DNA from: Acidobacteriota bacterium
GTDB taxonomy: Bacteria > Acidobacteriota > UBA6911 > JACQSX01
Direction: 5' to 3'
DNA length: 20,420 nucleotides
Assembly: GCA_036507075.1 (NCBI GenBank)
Contig: DASXQR010000140.1
Location: 1-20,420 of the forward strand
Every line of letters starts with the position of its first letter. Within the stretch, counting starts at the first letter, position 1. Under the pieces are notes generated by a model. The model did not search any database and had not been told where the DNA came from. It saw only the letters and a program-made list of their open reading frames with translations. This document shows, in pieces, positions 16,276 to 20,420 of this stretch. The translations under genes were made by a program, and so were the position numbers.

Positions 16276-16425
16276 ACTACTAACCATGAGAATTTTCGCA
16301 GCCTGCGCAAATTATTCGGGAGCGGAGAGACGGCCTGAGGGCCGTCTCAGCTTGGCAGGACACCGCAGAGAGACGGCCCTCAGGCCGTCTCTCCTTGACT
16401 TTTGATTGCGGCTTCGCCGCGCTAA
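16276..16425. mobile_element. 150-bp non-autonomous element (family F) with asymmetric ends and no TSD
   Basis: Begins ACTACTAACC and ends TTGATTGCGGCTTCGCCGCGCTAA. Subterminal hairpins AATTTTCGCAG-C-CTGCGCAAATT and GCGGC-TTC-GCCGC. Removing it restores a family-C arm. Boundaries uncertain by 1-2 nt. Confidence 0.65.
16324..16394. repeat. REP doublet (REPIN-like): two inverted GGAG-tagged hairpins
   Basis: GGAGAGACGGCCTGAGGGCCGTCTC (16324-16348) is the exact reverse complement of 16370-16394. Each unit is itself a hairpin. Confidence 0.85.
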
Positions 16426-16486
16426 GCCTTTGTGGTTAATTTTTTTTGACCACCAAGGCACCAAGGCACAAAGGGGAACGCTGAAG

Positions 16487-18067
16487 ATGAAGGTCATGCG
16501 CAAGACTCTGGCCGGCGCGCTGCTGAGCGCAACAATCGCTTTTAGCGTCGCCGCCGCCCTGAAGGAGAATCGCGTGCCCCGGACCCGCCGGATTTCTCTG
16601 CAGGAGCTTGAGGACAAGATCCGCGGCGGCTGGGCCGGGCAGATGATTGGTGTCTCTTTCGGCGCGCCGACGGAATTCAAATCCAACGGCAGGATTATCG
16701 AGGGACCGCTGCCGCCGTGGACTCGTGAAAGCGTGAAGAACTCCATCCATCAGGATGATCTCTATGTGGACATGACACTGTCTGAAACCATGGACCGAAT
16801 CGGGCTTGACGCTACCACCGAGCAGTACGGCCAGGCCTTTAAGGATTCCAAATACTCGCTCTGGCATGCCAACGCGGGAGCGCGGCGATTGCTCAATCGC
16901 GGCGTCAAGGCGCCTGATTCGGGCCATCCCCGGTACAACATCCACGCCGACGACATCGATTTTCAGATCGAATCCGATTTTATCGGCTTGATGACTCCCG
17001 GTCTGCCGCAGGAATCCAACCGATACTGCGACCGCGTGGGGCGCGTGATGAATTTCGGCGACGGCCTATACGGCGGGATGTTCGTATGCGGAATGTACTC
17101 GGCGGCTTTCTTTGAAAAAGATTTGAGAAAAGTCGTCGAGCAGGGTCTGGCCTGCATGCCTTCGCAAAGCGGCTATGCGCGTGTAATCCGCGATGTGCTG
17201 GACTGGCGGGCAAAGTATCCGGACGATTGGAAGAAAACATGGCAGGCCGTGGAGGAGAAATGGGACCGCGATGATCCGTGCACCGACGGGGCGCTGCGTC
17301 CTTTCAATATCGACGCCAAATTGAACGGCGCATACATCGCCATCGGGTTGCTCTATGGTCAAGGCGATTTCACCAAAACCCTGGAGGTGACGACGCGATG
17401 CGGGCAGGATTCCGATTGCAACCCTTCCAATGCCGCGGGCGTGCTGGGAGTAATACTCGGATATTCTCAGATACCCGAGCAGTGGAAGTCCGGCATCCTG
17501 GACATAGCGGACGTTAAATTCGACTACACCAGTTCCTCTTTTAACGAAATCACTAAATCGACCCTGTCAAGAGCGCTGCAAGTGATTCGAAAAGCGGGAG
17601 GAAGTGTCGCCGCCGGAGGGGTACAGATTCCCTACCAGGCGCCCAAGGCCCCCAGGCTTGAGCAGTGGAGCATGGGCAAACCCGACAAACTAGTCAGCGC
17701 AAGAGAAGAAGGATGGAAGTGGGACGAAAACTGGCGTGAGGAAACAGGAGGCCGCGACAAGCAGACCTTTGTAGGTTTCTCCGCGAGCGGGCCCGGATCG
17801 GAGACAACGTTGAGTTTTTCCGGTACCGGTGTGGCCGTGGTCGGTCGAATGACCCAGCAGGGAGGAAGGGCCGACGTGGTTCTGGACGGATCCAGAGCGG
17901 GTCAGATCGATGCCTACATCGTGGAACGCACCAATGACAATGACCTGTGGCACACGTTCGGTTTGAAGCCCGGCAATCACACGCTGCTCATCGTGACACT
18001 GGACGAGGCGGATTTACGGTCCAAGGGGAAGAAGATCACAATCGAGCGAGCAATCGTGTACCGGTGA
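16487..18067 (+). CDS. ADP-ribosylglycohydrolase-family protein, exported, with a C-terminal beta-sandwich domain
   Basis: DKIRGGWAGQMIGVSFGAPTEF, QDDLY, DIDFQIESD, GQDSDCNPSNAAG. Signal peptide MKVMRKTLAGALLSATIAFSVAA. The start could be 16487 or 16496. Confidence 0.85.
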   Translation: MKVMRKTLAGALLSATIAFSVAAALKENRVPRTRRISLQELEDKIRGGWAGQMIGVSFGAPTEFKSNGRIIEGPLPPWTRESVKNSIHQDDLYVDMTLSETMDRIGLDATTEQYGQAFKDSKYSLWHANAGARRLLNRGVKAPDSGHPRYNIHADDIDFQIESDFIGLMTPGLPQESNRYCDRVGRVMNFGDGLYGGMFVCGMYSAAFFEKDLRKVVEQGLACMPSQSGYARVIRDVLDWRAKYPDDWKKTWQAVEEKWDRDDPCTDGALRPFNIDAKLNGAYIAIGLLYGQGDFTKTLEVTTRCGQDSDCNPSNAAGVLGVILGYSQIPEQWKSGILDIADVKFDYTSSSFNEITKSTLSRALQVIRKAGGSVAAGGVQIPYQAPKAPRLEQWSMGKPDKLVSAREEGWKWDENWREETGGRDKQTFVGFSASGPGSETTLSFSGTGVAVVGRMTQQGGRADVVLDGSRAGQIDAYIVERTNDNDLWHTFGLKPGNHTLLIVTLDEADLRSKGKKITIERAIVYR

Positions 18068-18102
18068 GCTGATTAAGACGACATTGGTGCAGCTCCAAAG
18101 GC

Positions 18103-18183
18103 TTCACCGCAGAGCCGCTGAGTACGCAGACGCTCCGCAGAGGCTTCTGCGAAACTCGGCGATCTCTGCGGCTCTGCGGTGAA
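18103..18183. repeat. Family-C-like palindrome (CGCAGAG units)
   Basis: TTCACCGCAGAGCCGC (18103-18118) is the reverse complement of 18168-18183. Further CGCAGA/TCTGCG units lie inside. Confidence 0.88.
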
Positions 18184-18209
18184 AAAATCGTTTCGATAAG
18201 CACCTACCC

Positions 18210-19184
18210 ATGAAAGACGCTTCGCCAAAAGTGAAAAGAGGACTGATCGTTCCCGCCGCAACAGCGCTGGACGACAAAGGAGAGATCATCGTCGCTGAGC
18301 AGCGGCGCCTGCTGCGGCACTGTATTGATGGCGGAGCGGCGGCGATTTTCAGTCCAGGCACGACAGGAGAATTCCTGCGGCTGCGTAACGGGCAGCGAAA
18401 TCAGTTGATGGAGATCGCCGTGGAAGAGGTTTCGCGCTATTGCAGGCAGGACGCAAAACCCGAGGCCTGGCCGGTGATAAACGGATCCACAGTGAGCCAG
18501 ACGCTGGAAAACCTGAGGCTGGCCATTCGATTGAAGGTAGACAGCGCGGTAGTTGCGCCGCTTGCGGTCGCTGACCTGGAGCGAGAAGATATTCCGAAGT
18601 TCCTTGGAGAAATCATTTCTATCGTGAAGGAACATTCCCCAAGGATGCCGGTTTGCCTTTATGAAAATCCGGAAATCGCGAAGCATGAAAATCTGACGCT
18701 GCTGCCGCCGGACCTGCTGCGCAGGTTATGCGAGGCTCCTGAAGTCGGCGGGATAAAAGTTTCCGCTGGAGCTGATGTCGTCCAATCCATGCTTGCAAAT
18801 CTGCGCCTGCTGCATCGCGACAATCTGTTGGAGATTTATCTCGGATATGCGACGCTGATCTTTTCCATGGATGTGCCGAATTCACCGATCGCCGGAATTG
18901 TCGCCGGCGCCGGAAATCTGTTTCCCAGACAATGGGCTTTGGCCTGGAATGCGGCAGCCATGGGAGATCGCCGCCGGGCTGCGATTTACCGGCAGCCTCT
19001 GGAAAAGCTGGAGACGGCCATCGGCCCCAAGTACGTTTCAGCAATCAAGTGGGGCCTGGTGGAAATGGGCCTGCTGAGCCGGCCAGACACGGCAAGCGGA
19101 ACCCGTACGTTATCAGATGGAGATGCGCAAGAATTTTTGACAAAGTTTAGAGAGATAAGACGGGATCTGGAATCCCTTGAATGA
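18210..19184 (+). CDS. Dihydrodipicolinate synthase/N-acetylneuraminate lyase family class I aldolase
   Basis: GTTGEF, LYENP (catalytic Tyr), GGIKVS (Schiff-base Lys). Specificity cannot be determined from sequence alone. Confidence 0.88.
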   Translation: MKDASPKVKRGLIVPAATALDDKGEIIVAEQRRLLRHCIDGGAAAIFSPGTTGEFLRLRNGQRNQLMEIAVEEVSRYCRQDAKPEAWPVINGSTVSQTLENLRLAIRLKVDSAVVAPLAVADLEREDIPKFLGEIISIVKEHSPRMPVCLYENPEIAKHENLTLLPPDLLRRLCEAPEVGGIKVSAGADVVQSMLANLRLLHRDNLLEIYLGYATLIFSMDVPNSPIAGIVAGAGNLFPRQWALAWNAAAMGDRRRAAIYRQPLEKLETAIGPKYVSAIKWGLVEMGLLSRPDTASGTRTLSDGDAQEFLTKFREIRRDLESLE

Positions 19185-19185
19185 G

Positions 19186-19246
19186 TTTCACCACAAAGGC
19201 ACAAAGCTCATAAAGTCTTTGTGACCTTCGTGTCTTTGTGGTGAAA
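19186..19246. repeat. Family-C palindrome
   Basis: TTTCACCACAAAGGCACAAAGCTCATAAAG-T-CTTTGTGACCTTCGTGTCTTTGTGGTGAAA. The outer 13 bp are perfect. Confidence 0.9.
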
Positions 19247-19254
19247 ATGAAAGT

Positions 19255-20268
19255 ATGAATAAAAAACGCCGTGAATTGCTGAAAAGCCTGACCGCTGCCC
19301 CGTTCATCTCCGCCGCCGCACCGCAAACACTTCAGTCCGAATTCATATTCGAAACGGCGCCTTTCCCTTCATGCCACGCGTCTACAATCGTTGAAGCCGC
19401 CGCCGGCCTTTTCCTGTCGGCATGGTTTGCAGGAATACGAGAAGGCGCAAACGACGTCGCCATCTGGATGTCCCGTCTCGAATCGAGCGCCTGGTCGGCC
19501 CCGGAAAAAATCGCAGGGGAACCGGAAGTGCCGTGCTGGAATCCGGTGCTTTATCGCGAGCGCAACGGTGAAATTCTGCTGTTTTATAAGGCGGGGCGCA
19601 GCCCGGAAACGTGGTCCGGATTTATCCGGCGTTCCAAAGACGGCGGCCGCTCCTGGTCCACTTCGCAGATCCTCCCCGCCGGCGTCCTCGGACCGATAAA
19701 AAACAAACCAATCCCGGGAAAGAAAGGCGAAATCCTGGCCGGCTCGTCGGTTGAAAGCTATAAAGCCTGGACCTGCTGGCTGGAAGTCAGCGCCGACTCG
19801 GGCAGGACCTGGACCAAGCACGGACCGATCTTTGTCCCCGACGTCCCGCAGGGGATCATTCAACCTTCACTCTGGTGGACCCGAAAAGGTACGCTGCGCA
19901 TGCTGACCCGGTCCACACAACGCATCGGTTTCATCTGCATGGCGGAGTCGCGCGATGGCGGCCGCACCTGGGGCGCCGCGGCTCCAACCACGCTCCCCAA
20001 TCCAAACTCAGGAATTGATGCCGTAAAGCTCAAAGACGGCCGCGTCGTCGTGATCTACAACCACACCACCCGGGGACGCTCGCCCCTGAATGTGGCCGTG
20101 TCGCGCGACGACGGAGCGACCTGGGAACAGCGTCTCGCGCTGGAGGATCAGCCGGGAGAGTACTCATATCCGGCCGTAATTCAGGCCGGCAATGGAGACG
20201 TGCACGTGACCTACACATGGAACCGCCAGCGGATCAAGCACACTCGCTTCCGGCCCGAATCGATCTGA
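19255..20268 (+). CDS. BNR/Asp-box sialidase-like glycoside hydrolase with a Tat signal
   Basis: KRRELLK twin-arginine motif, Asp-boxes SKDGGRSW/SADSGRTW/SRDGGRTW/SRDDGATW, CHASTI, LPNPNSG, EYSYP. Confidence 0.88.
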   Translation: MNKKRRELLKSLTAAPFISAAAPQTLQSEFIFETAPFPSCHASTIVEAAAGLFLSAWFAGIREGANDVAIWMSRLESSAWSAPEKIAGEPEVPCWNPVLYRERNGEILLFYKAGRSPETWSGFIRRSKDGGRSWSTSQILPAGVLGPIKNKPIPGKKGEILAGSSVESYKAWTCWLEVSADSGRTWTKHGPIFVPDVPQGIIQPSLWWTRKGTLRMLTRSTQRIGFICMAESRDGGRTWGAAAPTTLPNPNSGIDAVKLKDGRVVVIYNHTTRGRSPLNVAVSRDDGATWEQRLALEDQPGEYSYPAVIQAGNGDVHVTYTWNRQRIKHTRFRPESI

Positions 20269-20271
20269 TTT

Positions 20272-20286
20272 CTTTGTGCCCTTTGT
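20272..20286. repeat. Truncated family-C arm, interrupted at the same position as the 16275/16276 junction
   Basis: CTTTGTGCCCTTTGT is identical to 1604-1618 but is followed by AGTACTAGTT instead of GCCTTTGTGGT. Confidence 0.75.
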
Positions 20287-20327
20287 AGTACTAGTTCGAA
20301 AAATCTTGTTTTTTTGAGCAGTTTTTT

Positions 20328-20420
20328 TCAGGCTGCAATTTTGTTATCACGAATGGCGATGGCGTTTGCCATGATTTCAATTCCTGTTCTGGTGGGGCGA
20401 TAGTAGTTGGTTCCGGAAAC
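20328..20420 (-). CDS. Possible 3' end of a gene entering from beyond the window
   Basis: The frame is open to the edge: ...VSGTNYYRPTRTGIEIMANAIAIRDNKIAA*. YYRPTRTG resembles the wing/helix end of winged-helix domains. Only 30 codons are visible. Confidence 0.35.
   Translation of the reverse strand, partial: VSGTNYYRPTRTGIEIMANAIAIRDNKIAA

Larger units (their letters stand above)
16262..16473. repeat. Family-C palindrome whose left arm is split by a 150-bp insertion
   Basis: 16262-16275 joined to 16426-16436 gives CTTGGTGTCTTTGT+GCCTTTGTGGT, which is complementary at 21/25 positions to 16449-16473. Confidence 0.75.

Noticed and set aside
18210..19184. Naming the aldolase dapA or nanA
   Set aside because: Only family-level motifs are visible, and they do not fix the substrate.
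20328..20372. MANAIAIRDNKIAA as a tmRNA tag peptide
   Set aside because: No tRNA-like 3' end (T-arm, CCA) follows it, and the frame continues upstream to the window edge.

Overview
GC-rich bacterial region, probably Acidobacteriota (inferred from the gene families). It holds 11 complete CDSs: a membrane-anchored HTH-type regulator, an APC permease, a Gfo/Idh/MocA oxidoreductase, an exported SAM-methyltransferase-fold protein, a TPR+CRTAC1/ASPIC-UnbV protein, a GxxExxY (PD-(D/E)XK-like) protein, a TonB-dependent receptor, a CehA/McbA-like metallohydrolase, an ADP-ribosylglycohydrolase-family protein, a DapA-like aldolase and a Tat-exported BNR/sialidase-like protein. A gene end may also enter from the right edge. 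The most striking signal is non-coding: all 12 intergenic gaps hold short palindromic elements from several families, often nested. Two small non-autonomous elements each appear twice at the same position inside a particular repeat family: a 180-bp TIR MITE with a TCA duplication, and a 150-bp element with asymmetric ends. The GxxExxY gene is flanked on both sides by CACGAATT-type palindromes, much as RAYT transposase genes are flanked by their REPINs. That makes it a candidate partner enzyme of the repeats (inference).
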